Shown in pieces: positions 47,728 to 57,900 of a stretch of DNA of 64,000 nucleotides. The stretch is taken from assembly GCA_963745075.1 (NCBI GenBank), contig CAVUWV010000019.1, positions 41,248 to 105,247 of the forward strand, written 5' to 3'. The notes under the pieces were generated by a model that saw nothing but the letters and a program-made list of their open reading frames with translations, had not been told where the DNA came from and did not search any database. Numbering within the stretch: position 1 is the stretch's first letter; every line of letters starts with the position of its first letter. The position numbers and the translations under genes were made by a program. Source of the DNA: Candidatus Hydrogenedentota bacterium (GTDB lineage Bacteria > Hydrogenedentota > Hydrogenedentia > Hydrogenedentales > SLHB01).

Positions 47728-49554
47728 ATGATCCGAATTCTCTTGTGCACGATGTTCGCTTGCCTGATCCCGGCAATGGGTTGGACGGAATCCGCCACCG
47801 TGATGCAGAAGGTGGACACGGAGCCGAAACCATGGACGCATCTGAACCTCAATAACGATCCCGACAACTTTCAGTTCGCCATCGTGACGGACCGGACGGG
47901 CGGTCACCGGCCGGGTGTGTTTATGGACGGGGTGCGCAAGCTCAACCTGCTCCAGCCCGAATTTGTGGTGAGCGTAGGGGATTTGATTGAGGGGTACACG
48001 GAAGACCAAGGCGAACTGGACCGGGAATGGACGGAATTCAACGGGTTGGTGGGCCAACTCGACATGCCCTTCTTCTACGTGCCGGGCAATCACGACATCA
48101 GCAACGAGGTCATGGCGCAGGAATGGACCAAGCGTTTCGGCAGGCACTACTACCATTTTGTGTATCGCAACGTGCTGTTCCTGTGCCTCGACAGCGAAGA
48201 TCCGCCCGATACGCACATGAGTGATGAACAGATCGCCTACGTGGAAAAGGCCCTGGCCGACAACCCCGACGTGCGATGGACCGTCGTGCTGCTGCACAAG
48301 CCCCTTTGGAATTACGACAAGAGTTCCGGCTGGCCCGAAATCGAATCAGCGCTGGCGGGGCGGAAGTACAGCGTCTTTGCGGGGCATACGCACACGTTCA
48401 ACAAGAGCACGCGCAACGACGCGAACTACATTGTCCTCGCCACGATGGGAGGCGGGAGCCAACTCCGGGGCGTCAATTTCGGCGAATTCGACCATTTCCT
48501 TTGGGTCACCATGACGGACCAGGGGCCGATTATCGCGAGCCTGATGCTCGACGGTATTTGGGACAGCAACGTCGTCACGGAAGAGCGGATGGGACTCATC
48601 CGGCCCGCGCTCGGCGGCGCCCTTGTCCGGACCAACGGGATCATTCTCGATCAACCCACCATGGAGAAGGCCGAAACCAAGCTCCGGTTGACCAACGACG
48701 CAGACGTACCATTGAACCTGAAGGTACGAATCGAAGCCACCGATGCCTTGCGGCCCTCGGTCGATGCTTTTGAGCGAGTGGTGCCGCCAAACTCGGTCGA
48801 GCAAGTCGATCTCGCGCTGCTGGCCGACGCGCCGACGCCGGTGGATTCGCTCAACCCGGTGGTGGTGGATTGGACGGCGCGCTACGAGTTGGAGGGGAAC
48901 GTTCAACCCGTCATCGTAAGCGGCCAGCATCGGATCGTCATCGACAAGCAGTTTGACCTTCCGGCCGCCGATGCGCCGATTACGGTGGATGGCGATCTCG
49001 CCGATTGGGCCGCGCTGCCTATCGAGGTCCGGGAACCGGGGCAGGTCATCGAAACGCAGGATTCCTGGCACGGCCGGACAGATGCTTCCTGGCGGTTCGG
49101 AGTGGTTCACGACAACGAGTTCATTTACGTGGGAATTCGTGTTGACGACGACGAAGTCCGCCGGGACAAAAAGCATGATTACAAGCGGCAGGACAGTGTC
49201 GAGATCCGCCTGGACGGACGCCCTGCCGACCAGCGCGATGCGGGTCCTTACGCTGATTTCGAAAACGATCTCCTCTTCGCGGTCATCCCCGGGCAGGATC
49301 CCACCGCGCTTCCTGGTTTGGACCGGCTTCCGGAAGGCAGCCGCGCCGCCGCGCAACCGATTGATGGCGGGTATGCGGTCGAGGTCGCGATTCCCATGGC
49401 CTACGTGGCGTCATTGCAGGGTGAGAGTTGGAATTCGGTACGCCTGAATGTCGTGGTGAACGATTTCGACGCGGACGGCAGCGCTCATCTCTGGTGGCGC
49501 CCGTATTGGACCAGCCCGGCCAACTACGCGGAGTCCGGCATATTTGCGCGGTAA
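47728..49554 (+). CDS. Secreted calcineurin-like metallophosphoesterase with C-terminal CBM9/DOMON-like domain
   Basis: GDLIEG, PGNHD, GHTH; ITVDGDLADW, DSVEIRLD, GYAVEVAIP. Confidence 0.8.
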   Translation: MIRILLCTMFACLIPAMGWTESATVMQKVDTEPKPWTHLNLNNDPDNFQFAIVTDRTGGHRPGVFMDGVRKLNLLQPEFVVSVGDLIEGYTEDQGELDREWTEFNGLVGQLDMPFFYVPGNHDISNEVMAQEWTKRFGRHYYHFVYRNVLFLCLDSEDPPDTHMSDEQIAYVEKALADNPDVRWTVVLLHKPLWNYDKSSGWPEIESALAGRKYSVFAGHTHTFNKSTRNDANYIVLATMGGGSQLRGVNFGEFDHFLWVTMTDQGPIIASLMLDGIWDSNVVTEERMGLIRPALGGALVRTNGIILDQPTMEKAETKLRLTNDADVPLNLKVRIEATDALRPSVDAFERVVPPNSVEQVDLALLADAPTPVDSLNPVVVDWTARYELEGNVQPVIVSGQHRIVIDKQFDLPAADAPITVDGDLADWAALPIEVREPGQVIETQDSWHGRTDASWRFGVVHDNEFIYVGIRVDDDEVRRDKKHDYKRQDSVEIRLDGRPADQRDAGPYADFENDLLFAVIPGQDPTALPGLDRLPEGSRAAAQPIDGGYAVEVAIPMAYVASLQGESWNSVRLNVVVNDFDADGSAHLWWRPYWTSPANYAESGIFAR

Positions 49555-49562
49555 AAAGTGAG

Positions 49563-49584
49563 GGGGACGCCTTCCGGCGTCCCC
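49563..49584. terminator. Hairpin between convergent genes
   Basis: GGGGACGCC-ttcc-GGCGTCCCC. Confidence 0.55.
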
Positions 49585-49628
49585 TGAAATCCGAGCAGCA
49601 CTATCGTGGCTGAGTGTTCTTGGAGGAG

Positions 49629-50231
49629 TTAGTTGGAGGCGTCCAGGAACCAGACGATGACGTCCGCACGCCGGTCTTCTTCGCGGTGCTGCGGGCTGTG
49701 GACGGCCTGGGTTTCGCCGTTGGTCGTTGTGGTGATGCGGTCCGCGTCGATTCCCTGCTTGACGAGGAAGCTCTTGACGGCTTCCGCGCGGCGTTTCCCG
49801 AGCTTCATATTGTATTCATTGCTGGCCAGGTCGCAGCAGTTCCCTTCGATGCGCACCTTGTCGCCGGAATGCTCCTTCATGTAGGCGGCAACCTTCTTCG
49901 CCGTCTCGACGCCGGCGGGCTTCAACACCGACTTGTCGAGGTCGAAAAAGATGGGGGCGAACTCGGGCGCAATCCGCATGACCGGTTCGGGGATTTCCGC
50001 CTTCGCGAATTTAAGGTAATTGCCGAAAGACACGCGACGCTGATTCCAATTGACCGAATCGGCGCTGGCGAACTGGGCCGGCGTGTAGTCACAGCCATGC
50101 TGGTCCTGAATGTCGTCGCTACTGCAAGACTCCTTCGTGCAGCAGGAGGAACAGGCAGCCCACGCGGCCGGTCCGGCGAGGGCCAATGACAGGGCAAGGG
50201 CGACTGTCAGCATACGAATGGTGGCGTTCAT
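49629..50231 (-). CDS. OmpA/Pal-like peptidoglycan-binding protein
   Basis: IFFDLDKSVL, EYNMKLGKRRAEAVK, GE...DRRAD; signal peptide. Confidence 0.85.
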   Translation of the reverse strand: MNATIRMLTVALALSLALAGPAAWAACSSCCTKESCSSDDIQDQHGCDYTPAQFASADSVNWNQRRVSFGNYLKFAKAEIPEPVMRIAPEFAPIFFDLDKSVLKPAGVETAKKVAAYMKEHSGDKVRIEGNCCDLASNEYNMKLGKRRAEAVKSFLVKQGIDADRITTTTNGETQAVHSPQHREEDRRADVIVWFLDASN

Positions 50232-50378
50232 TGAAGAATCTCCTCAGTGATGCACACGGGTTTGGATAGGGGCATACCTCGAATCCGTTTCCCGCGGACA
50301 AGATACACGCCTAGTTGACACAGTATACTTGATCCTGTAAAGAGTTGTCGAGCGGATTCTTAATCGAATCAGAAATTA

Positions 50379-50407
50379 TTGACAGATTGACGCCGGTCCG
50401 GTATCAT
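50379..50407 (+). promoter_or_regulatory. Sigma70 promoter
   Basis: TTGACA-17 bp-TATCAT. Confidence 0.6.
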
Positions 50408-50495
50408 TCGTAGCGAGGTTTTCGCGCGCTGGATGACAGGTATCCTTCCGCGCGATTTCTGCTTACGCTCCGGTCCATACAGGAGAATCGACACC

Positions 50496-51308
50496 ATGAG
50501 CACGCGCCTTTCCGTCTGGGTGACGATCGCGATCGCCGGTCTCGTCGCGTGGCCCGCGACCGCCGGTGAATTGAACCTTTGGATTTCCTACCACTATCAG
50601 GGCGTCGATACGTATGAAGCGGGCAAGTATCGCGACGCCGAAACGCTTCTCACAAAAGCCGAGGGTGAAACGTGCAACGAATTCCGTCTTGCGTTCACGC
50701 TCGATGAAAAGGGCATGACGTATCTGGCGCTGGGTCAATACAGCGACGCCGAGGCGTGCCTGGAAAAGGCGTTGTGCTTGCGGGAAGACGAGTGCGGCGA
50801 AGATAGCCGTTTCATTCCGACGACGTTGAACAACCTCGCCGATTTGCATTACGTGGCCGGCGACCAGTCGCAGGTAGAGCCCCTGTACCGTCGGGCGCTC
50901 GAAATCAACAAACAGGACCCGTACAGCATCGAAGTCGGTCGCAGCCTGAACGGGCTGGCCCTGGTGGCGAATGACGCCGGGGACGCAGTCGAGGCGGAGA
51001 ACCTCCTCAAGCGCGCGATTCGCATTCACATGATGGGCGGCCGCAGTGAACATCCGTATATGGCCACGGCGCTCATCAATCTCGCCGCGCTGTACACGAG
51101 TCAGGGCCGTTACGACGAGGCGGCGCCGCTGCTTCGCCGGGCCAAGCACATTCAGGATACCGTGTTGGGCGACGATCATCCCGACGTGGCCGTACGGCTC
51201 CAGGCCGAAGCCGCGTATTTGCTGGGCACCGGACACATCGAAGAAGCCCGGGTCGCCCAGAACCGCGCCGAAGCGATCGAGGCGCATTTCGCGGAAGTGA
51301 ACAAGTAG
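50496..51308 (+). CDS. Secreted TPR protein (kinesin-light-chain-type repeats)
   Basis: TLNNLA, LYRRAL, SLNGLA, HP..A..LINLA, GDDHPDVA. Confidence 0.85.
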   Translation: MSTRLSVWVTIAIAGLVAWPATAGELNLWISYHYQGVDTYEAGKYRDAETLLTKAEGETCNEFRLAFTLDEKGMTYLALGQYSDAEACLEKALCLREDECGEDSRFIPTTLNNLADLHYVAGDQSQVEPLYRRALEINKQDPYSIEVGRSLNGLALVANDAGDAVEAENLLKRAIRIHMMGGRSEHPYMATALINLAALYTSQGRYDEAAPLLRRAKHIQDTVLGDDHPDVAVRLQAEAAYLLGTGHIEEARVAQNRAEAIEAHFAEVNK

Positions 51309-51341
51309 ACCCGCAGGGGTATGGCAGGAGAGGGTTCGCAG

Positions 51342-51379
51342 GAAGGCCGCTCCCGGCGTAAGTGCCGGGAGCGGCCTTC
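51342..51379. terminator. Strong hairpin between convergent genes
   Basis: GAAGGCCGCTCCCGGC-gtaagt-GCCGGGAGCGGCCTTC, 16-bp stem. Confidence 0.7.
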
Positions 51380-51385
51380 GTCATT

Positions 51386-54300
51386 TCAGTATTGCGTTAC
51401 GCCCTCTTCGCGCAAACGCGCCATACTTCGGTTCTCGCCCGCGATGAGCCTTAATCTGTCGTAGGCCCAGGAGAATTCGACGTTGTTGAATCGGCGGGTT
51501 TCGACGGCGGTCCGGAACCAGCGAACGGCGTCCTCGTACCGCTCCTGGTGGGCGCACAAGATTCCCAGATAGCAGGCAGTCTCGCATACCTGGTCGGGAT
51601 TGGTCGGGAGATCGTATGCTCTTTCTTCGGGGGACAGCCCGACAAGGATACGGCTCAACTCCAGGTAGTAATCGTTGCCAGCGCCGTTGAGATACGTGAC
51701 AAGGTCCTGGTAGTGCGGATCGTTCTCCGGACCAACGTAGGCATCGGCGGCGGCCCGAAACAACCAGATAAGTTGACCGTAGGGAATGGCGTTGGGGTTC
51801 TCATACACATCCCAGAGCAGTTCATGATTCTTGCCGCCCAGAATGGTGGGCGCGACGGCATAAGGATTCCGCTTCGGCAAGGTTGTACGAATCCACTCCA
51901 GACCCTCTTCCTGCCGGTCCAGTTGATCGAAAAACTCATAGGCGATGATCGGCACATCGAGCCTGCCCGGATCTTTCTCGAATCCTCGCCGGCACAACTT
52001 AATCGCCACAGCCGGCAAGTCGTTTTTGCTTAGATTCGAGATCAACGCGTAAAAACCGTCCCATTCGAGGCCGGCGCCGATGAGATTCGTTCCGATACTC
52101 TGAAGCCGGGAAGGGCTGGTTCCAACCGTCTCGATCAGCGCGGGCCAAACGAGCGTCCGGTAGTCTCCGTACCCCAGCACGTTCACGTCGTCAATGATCG
52201 CGCGCGTGGCCTCGTCATCGTGCCCGAACGTCCAGTACACCCGCAGCATGACGGTCAGCGCCAGCGGCGTTGCCGGGAAACGGTCCACCACGAACTGGCC
52301 GGCCTTTAGTGCCTCCGGTTCGAGACCCAGTTTGGCCAACGCCCGCGCCCGCAATCCGGCGACTTTAAAGGCGGCGCTGGCATTCACGGGCATGATCGCG
52401 TCCAGGGCCTTTTTGTACTGGCCCTCGGAGAAGTACGTTTCCCCGACGTTGCTGTACGCGTAGATTTGTTCGAGACCAAAGGTCTGCACGTCCCGGTCCA
52501 GCCAGGACCGCATTACTTGTCGGGCATCCGCGTAGCGTTCACGCTGGAAAAGGTAATCGTAGTAGGCCTCGTAGACGACCCACTCTTCGGAAAACTGTTC
52601 GATCAGCTGCGCGTAGTCGCCGCTGAGATCTTGACCGTTATCGCCATCCAGATTCGCAAGATAACCGAGAATCTTGGTTTTGACATAGGGGGTCGCGTGA
52701 TCCATGGCGAAGAACTCGTGCAGCTTCGTGCGGTCGCCGCTGTACGAGGCGAACCACGCCGCGCTGGCGAGGTTTGCCGGGGAGACCTCCTCCAATGCGC
52801 TCGTATACAACCGTTCGAGTAGAACCGAATCGTCGAGCACGGTGAACACCTTGTCACCCAGGATCATCCGTCCACGCGGACGGGTGTCGAGCCGTGAGGC
52901 GAGGAATTCGACGCATTCGAGATTCTCGGGGCGACCGTAGGGATATCGTCCCTCCATGGCGTCGTAAGCAGTCTCCAAACCGTCTGTGCCGATGTGCGGC
53001 AGACCTTTCAGCACGTCCATATAGGCGCGCGGCGCGCGGGTTCCCTGTTTCAGGTCCAGCAACCCTTGGAACCACGGCCCGGCCATTTCAGCGAAGGTGC
53101 CCTGGAACTGGGTCAGGTAATCGGCCAGTGCTTTGGAGGAAGGCAAATCGACCGACCGGTACAGGAGGTACATCCCCTGCTCCACTAACCCGGAGATGAA
53201 ACAGCCCTGATAGAAACCCGTTACCGCTTCGGCGTCAAGCACCGGACCCGTGAACGCGCTCCCTGCGTCCCCCTCGTAGACGCGCATTTGACGTGCCAGC
53301 ACGACCGGGTCCTTTTGCAGTAGTTCGAGCGGGTCGGGGCCGACCGACGCCCGGTGGATGTCGAAGGGAATCTTACCCACCAACTGGCCGAAGCCGAGCG
53401 TGGATACGGCCGGCAACGCCTGGGATAACTGGTCGAGCGTAACGTACGCACGGCTCGCAAGGGCCGCCTTCGTAACCGGCAAGGCCATCGACGAGTCCTT
53501 CGTGGTCAGTCGTCCGGCGTATTCGAGCGTTTGCTGACTATTGTTAGAATACCCGAGGCTCTCCAGGCAGAGAAACTTGCCCAAAGGCGTCAGTGAGGAA
53601 TCGTCCCTTCGCTCTCGGAGTTTCGTGTATTCCAGCGAGACCATCTGTCGCACGGGGTCGTCTGTGTCCAAGACCTGCGCAACCGCGCGCGCGTGATTGG
53701 CGTAGCCCAACTCGGCGGCGAGCAGCGCTTCGTAACGCGGCGATGGAGCCTGGTCCGACGCCTTCGCCAGCGCCAGGAAGGCCAACGCCCGCGTCTGTAA
53801 GCCCGTGTACGCGCCCAGGGAATCAAGTTGCTGGACCGCCCAGAGCGTGTACATCCGCGCCGCCGCGTCCAGGAGCCGGGAATCGGGTCCGTACGTGGTC
53901 CAGGCCTCGTTGATCTTCACCCCGGCTTCGCAAAGATGGTACGGCGAGAAGCCGTCAATGGCGTCGTCAATCTTTGCCAGCGCCGTCGAGGGTACGCGAT
54001 TCTCGAAGGCCACGCCCTGCGCGGCAAGGCGGTTGCCGGCCCAGCCTTCCAGCAAGTTCATGCCGTCTGCGAAACTCGGGAATTCGGGCAGCGTGCCCAC
54101 GATCGCACCCTCGTATGCCACCTCCCAATGGTCCTCGACGAACCGAGCTTCAACCGAGCCGGCCGTCTTGCCAGAGATGAACAAGGGAATTCGGCCCACG
54201 GCCTCGACAAAGCGAAGGTCCGGACGGAGCCGGTAGCGATTGGCAATCGCATCTTGAAGGGATCGGAGCGAAATGTTTTGTTGTTCCGACAGCTTCGCAG

Positions 54301-54457
54301 TGGGCGTGGCAGGAACGGTTTGTTGTGCCGGGGCAGGCTGTGGAGGGGGCTGTTGCCTGGATTTCGAGAAGGGGATGGGAATATAGCAACTAAGAGAAAC
54401 GAAAGAGAATGTGGCGACTAACGTCACGGCCGAGCACGCGCGAGCGGATACTTTCAT
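51386..54457 (-). CDS. Large (about 1020 aa) helical-repeat putative lipoprotein
   Basis: Possible lipobox SLSC, Pro/Gln linker, TPR-like C-terminus (CETACYLG...YEDAVRWFR). Confidence 0.6.
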   Translation of the reverse strand: MKVSARACSAVTLVATFSFVSLSCYIPIPFSKSRQQPPPQPAPAQQTVPATPTAKLSEQQNISLRSLQDAIANRYRLRPDLRFVEAVGRIPLFISGKTAGSVEARFVEDHWEVAYEGAIVGTLPEFPSFADGMNLLEGWAGNRLAAQGVAFENRVPSTALAKIDDAIDGFSPYHLCEAGVKINEAWTTYGPDSRLLDAAARMYTLWAVQQLDSLGAYTGLQTRALAFLALAKASDQAPSPRYEALLAAELGYANHARAVAQVLDTDDPVRQMVSLEYTKLRERRDDSSLTPLGKFLCLESLGYSNNSQQTLEYAGRLTTKDSSMALPVTKAALASRAYVTLDQLSQALPAVSTLGFGQLVGKIPFDIHRASVGPDPLELLQKDPVVLARQMRVYEGDAGSAFTGPVLDAEAVTGFYQGCFISGLVEQGMYLLYRSVDLPSSKALADYLTQFQGTFAEMAGPWFQGLLDLKQGTRAPRAYMDVLKGLPHIGTDGLETAYDAMEGRYPYGRPENLECVEFLASRLDTRPRGRMILGDKVFTVLDDSVLLERLYTSALEEVSPANLASAAWFASYSGDRTKLHEFFAMDHATPYVKTKILGYLANLDGDNGQDLSGDYAQLIEQFSEEWVVYEAYYDYLFQRERYADARQVMRSWLDRDVQTFGLEQIYAYSNVGETYFSEGQYKKALDAIMPVNASAAFKVAGLRARALAKLGLEPEALKAGQFVVDRFPATPLALTVMLRVYWTFGHDDEATRAIIDDVNVLGYGDYRTLVWPALIETVGTSPSRLQSIGTNLIGAGLEWDGFYALISNLSKNDLPAVAIKLCRRGFEKDPGRLDVPIIAYEFFDQLDRQEEGLEWIRTTLPKRNPYAVAPTILGGKNHELLWDVYENPNAIPYGQLIWLFRAAADAYVGPENDPHYQDLVTYLNGAGNDYYLELSRILVGLSPEERAYDLPTNPDQVCETACYLGILCAHQERYEDAVRWFRTAVETRRFNNVEFSWAYDRLRLIAGENRSMARLREEGVTQY

Positions 54458-54632
54458 TATGACCCCCCTTGGACTCTGTGGCGACCACCGTACGTTGGTG
54501 CTGTGTGGTAGTCTGTGCACTATGCAGTCCCAACGCCACGTATTATACCACGCAATTCCACGGCGGAATTGCGATTTGGCGGGAATCCCGCCGTATGGCA
54601 CAATGGTGCCGACTAACCACGAGGAGCCAACC

Positions 54633-55512
54633 ATGTCCCATGAGAATGCCATGACCCGACGCACCGCCATGTCCACCCTTGCCGCGGGAGCCGCCGGTTC
54701 TCTGCTGGCCGCGAACGCAGAAGCCCAGAACGATACGGCCGCCGCGCCGTTGAAAGGCCGTCTGAAACAATCGGTCTGCAAATGGTGCTACGGCAAGATT
54801 CCCGCTGGACGAGTTCTGTCAGCAGGTGAAACCGCTTGGTTTGCTCTCCGTCGAGTTGTTGGGCGAGAACGACTGGCCCGTCGTGAAGCAGCACGGGCTC
54901 ACGTGCGCCATGGCGAACGGTCCCAGCGGAATCAAGGACGGCTGGAACGAGCCCAAGGACCACGACAAGCTCGTGGCGGAGTCGGAACGGCTGTTGCCGT
55001 TGGTGAAAGACGCGGGACTGCCCAACATGATCGTCTTCTCCGGCAACCGGCGCGGTATGGACGACATGACGGGGTTGAAGAATTGCGCGATGGGGCTCAA
55101 GCGAATTATCCCCTTGGCGGAACAGCTTGGGGTGACGGTCTGCATGGAGCTGTTGAACAGCAAGCGCGACCACAAGGATTACATGTGCGACCACACGCCG
55201 TGGGGCGCTGCGTTGGTTCAGGAAATCGGGTCGGACCGGTTCAAGTTGCTCTACGATATCTACCACATGCAGATCATGGAAGGCGACGTCATCGCCACCA
55301 TCCAGGAGAACCACCAGTACATCGGCCACTACCACACGGGCGGCATCCCCGGCCGCCACGAAATCGACGACACGCAGGAACTGACATATGCGACCGTCTG
55401 CAAAGCCATCGTCGAGACCGGCTTCACGGGCTACCTCGCGCAGGAGTTCATCCCCGCGCGTGAAGATCCCATCGCGTCCCTCGCCCAGGGCGTGCGGATC
55501 TGCGACGTGTAG
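54633..55512 (+). CDS. Tat-exported hydroxypyruvate isomerase family protein (+1 frameshift near 54801)
   Basis: TRR signal, KGRLKQSVCKWCY; then MELLNSKRDHKDY, LLYDIYHMQIMEGD, GHYHTGG.PGRHE. Confidence 0.88.
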
Positions 55513-55541
55513 TCGCGGCTGGTCTACGAGAGAGGCCTATA

Positions 55542-56162
55542 ATGGATGTCTCCTTCGAAACGATCGCTGTTTTGGCGGTTCTCCTACCGGGGTTCCTCGC
55601 TTCGGCCATCCTTAATGCGGTTGTTGTTAGGAAACCGCTGGACTCCTTCTCAAAGCTACTCGAGGCATTCGCGTTTAGCGCCGCGATCTACAGCGTGCCC
55701 GTTGTCGTCGTTTTTGTCCGGGGAGCAAACTTGGGCGGCCTTCAGTCCGAGCTTTCGAGTGGCCACATTCCCGAAGGTGCTGGTTACTTCGCGGTTTTCG
55801 TTTTTTTACTGACGATAGTGATTCCGATTCTCGCGGGTGCTTCCATAACGCATGACTTACACATGCGACTCTTGAGAAAGCTGAAGATAACAGACAAGAC
55901 CGCCAGAGAAACGGTTTGGTTTGACGTTTTTACCGACATTTCAGACCGATGCGTCGTCGTCAATCTTTGTGACGGCAGGCGTCTCCTGGGTTGGCCGCAA
56001 TACTACGCGAACACGCCGGAAGAAGGAACGATTTATCTTTTCGATCCTTATTGGATCAACAACCGAGGACAGAATGTTTCGCTTGGCCGCCATGGTATAC
56101 TGATTACGAAAGAAATGATCGAGACTATCGAGTTTGTGAAGGAATCGAGTTCACAAATATGA
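55542..56162 (+). CDS. DUF6338-like membrane protein
   Basis: LLPGF, 3 TM segments, TVWFDVF...VNLCDGRRLLG...IYL...GILI. Confidence 0.65.
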   Translation: MDVSFETIAVLAVLLPGFLASAILNAVVVRKPLDSFSKLLEAFAFSAAIYSVPVVVVFVRGANLGGLQSELSSGHIPEGAGYFAVFVFLLTIVIPILAGASITHDLHMRLLRKLKITDKTARETVWFDVFTDISDRCVVVNLCDGRRLLGWPQYYANTPEEGTIYLFDPYWINNRGQNVSLGRHGILITKEMIETIEFVKESSSQI

Positions 56163-56176
56163 AGAGGACGGACAAA

Positions 56177-56317
56177 ATGCCCAAGTCAACAACGGCAGTC
56201 GAAACGGCTGGAGGTGGGGAACCGCGCGGTGGGTACAATCCACCGCCCGAGAAACCGGTAATCCCAACGAAGCATGTCGTACCGCCGCCTCCCCCAGCTC
56301 CGAAAAGAAAAGACTAG
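56177..56317 (+). CDS. Small Pro-rich peptide (alternative start 56159)
   Basis: GAGG RBS; MPKS...RGGYNPPPEKP...PPPPPAPKRKD; upstream ATG overlaps the previous stop (ATGA). Confidence 0.5.
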   Translation: MPKSTTAVETAGGGEPRGGYNPPPEKPVIPTKHVVPPPPPAPKRKD

Positions 56318-56497
56318 CGTTTTTCCGCAGGCAGATCCCGCTTTGAATGCTGCGGTCCGATCGCGCGTTCAGAGTATCCGCAACAAAACAGAGTCTACGG
56401 TTTGACGTGCGTCTGGATACCGTCGGCTAGACTCTAACGATGCACGGTGTTTTGCGAAAGGACTCGTGCTATCCAAAGCAATTGGGGGAATCAGAAG

Positions 56498-57703
56498 GTG
56501 CCAGTGCTACCCGCGGTCATGATATTCGCTACTACGTTGGCAGGAGTCCAGGCCGCTGAGGCTCCCGCGAGTGAGCATCCATACACCCTCGCGGCGTACT
56601 ACTTTCCGAATTACCATCCCGGCGATCCGCGCAATGAGAAATGGCACGGTCCCGGTTGGACGGAGTGGGAACTGATGAAACGGGCGGAGCCGAAGTTTCC
56701 GGGGCACGCCCAGCCGAAGGTGCCGCTGTGGGGGTATGAAGACGAATCCGATCCCGCCGTCATGGCCAAGAAGATCGACGCGGCGGCGGATCACGGCGTC
56801 GATGTGTTTATCTTTGATTGGTACTGGTACGACGACGGTCCGTATCTCGAGCGCGCACTGGAAAAGGGATTTCTCAAAGCACCCAACGCGGACAAATTAA
56901 GATTTGCCCTCATGTGGGCCAACCACGATTGGCTCGACATTCAGCCTGCCAAACGGATGAGACCCTACAACGTCCTCGCTCCGGGCAAGTTCTCTCCCGA
57001 AACGTTTGCAGCCGCAACGGATCACATGATCACCACGTACTTCCCCCATCCCTCCTATTGGCGCGTGAACGGCGGGTTGTACGTGTCGTTCTACGACCTG
57101 TCCGAACTGCTCAAAAGCTTCGGCAGCGTCGAGGCCACGCGCGCGGCGTTCGACGATTTCCGCGCGCGCGTTCGCGACGCCGGGCTCGGCGAACTGTATC
57201 TCAACGCGGTCGTGTGGGGACGGCAGGTCCTGCCCAGCGACAGGCCCGTGGAGAACGTGAACGACCTGCTCGATGCGCTGGGTTTCGACAGCATCACGTC
57301 CTACGTATGGGTGCATCACCAGCGCATGCCCGATTTCCCCGAAACGTCGTATGCGCAAATCGAACAGGCGTCGACGCAGGACTGGGTGAAGTTCACGGAC
57401 CATTACAAACTGCCTTACTTCCCCAACGTCACCATGGGGTGGGATCCGTCACCGCGCACAGTGCAATCCGATGTGTACGAGAATCTCGGGTACCCTTACA
57501 CGCCTACGCTGGAAGGCAACACACCGGAAGCGTTCGCCAAAGCTTTGCGGGATGCCAAAGCCTTCCTCGACCAAGGCCGGACCACCCCAAAGATCCTCAC
57601 CCTCAACGCCTGGAACGAGTGGACCGAAGGCAGCTACCTCGAACCCGACACGGTCAACGGCACAGGGTACCTGGAGGCGATACGGGAGGTGTTCGGGAAG
57701 TAA
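56498..57703 (+). CDS. GH99-like/WbsX family glycoside hydrolase
   Basis: AYYFPNYH, GWTEW, FALMWANHDW, GWDPSPR, NAWNEWTEGSYLEPD. Confidence 0.88.
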   Translation: MPVLPAVMIFATTLAGVQAAEAPASEHPYTLAAYYFPNYHPGDPRNEKWHGPGWTEWELMKRAEPKFPGHAQPKVPLWGYEDESDPAVMAKKIDAAADHGVDVFIFDWYWYDDGPYLERALEKGFLKAPNADKLRFALMWANHDWLDIQPAKRMRPYNVLAPGKFSPETFAAATDHMITTYFPHPSYWRVNGGLYVSFYDLSELLKSFGSVEATRAAFDDFRARVRDAGLGELYLNAVVWGRQVLPSDRPVENVNDLLDALGFDSITSYVWVHHQRMPDFPETSYAQIEQASTQDWVKFTDHYKLPYFPNVTMGWDPSPRTVQSDVYENLGYPYTPTLEGNTPEAFAKALRDAKAFLDQGRTTPKILTLNAWNEWTEGSYLEPDTVNGTGYLEAIREVFGK

Positions 57704-57716
57704 CGACGCGCTACCA

Positions 57717-57900
57717 GGAGCGCGGGTTATCCAACCCGCCGCGCCGAAGGCCTATAGGTCAGCGCGACGAAGGGTCGATGAGTGTGACCCTGTTATGCCC
57801 TTCTTGAATCTGGGGAACGATCGCGATACGCGCGTCTCAAGCGGGCCGGTTATTTCGCGAAATGAATCACTGGCGTGGCGGCTTGGAAAACCCGCCCTCC
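57717..57900. repeat. GGAG-type REP doublet
   Basis: GGAGCGCGGGTTATCCAACCCGCC versus 57877-57900 reverse complement, 3 mismatches. Confidence 0.7.

Noticed and set aside
54596..54610. Sigma54 promoter upstream of hyi (TGGCACAATGGTGC)
   Set aside because: GG-to-GC spacing is 9, not the required 10
54458..54781. Extended N-terminus of the 1131-aa ORF
   Set aside because: Overlaps the divergent hyi gene; the signal peptide begins at 54457
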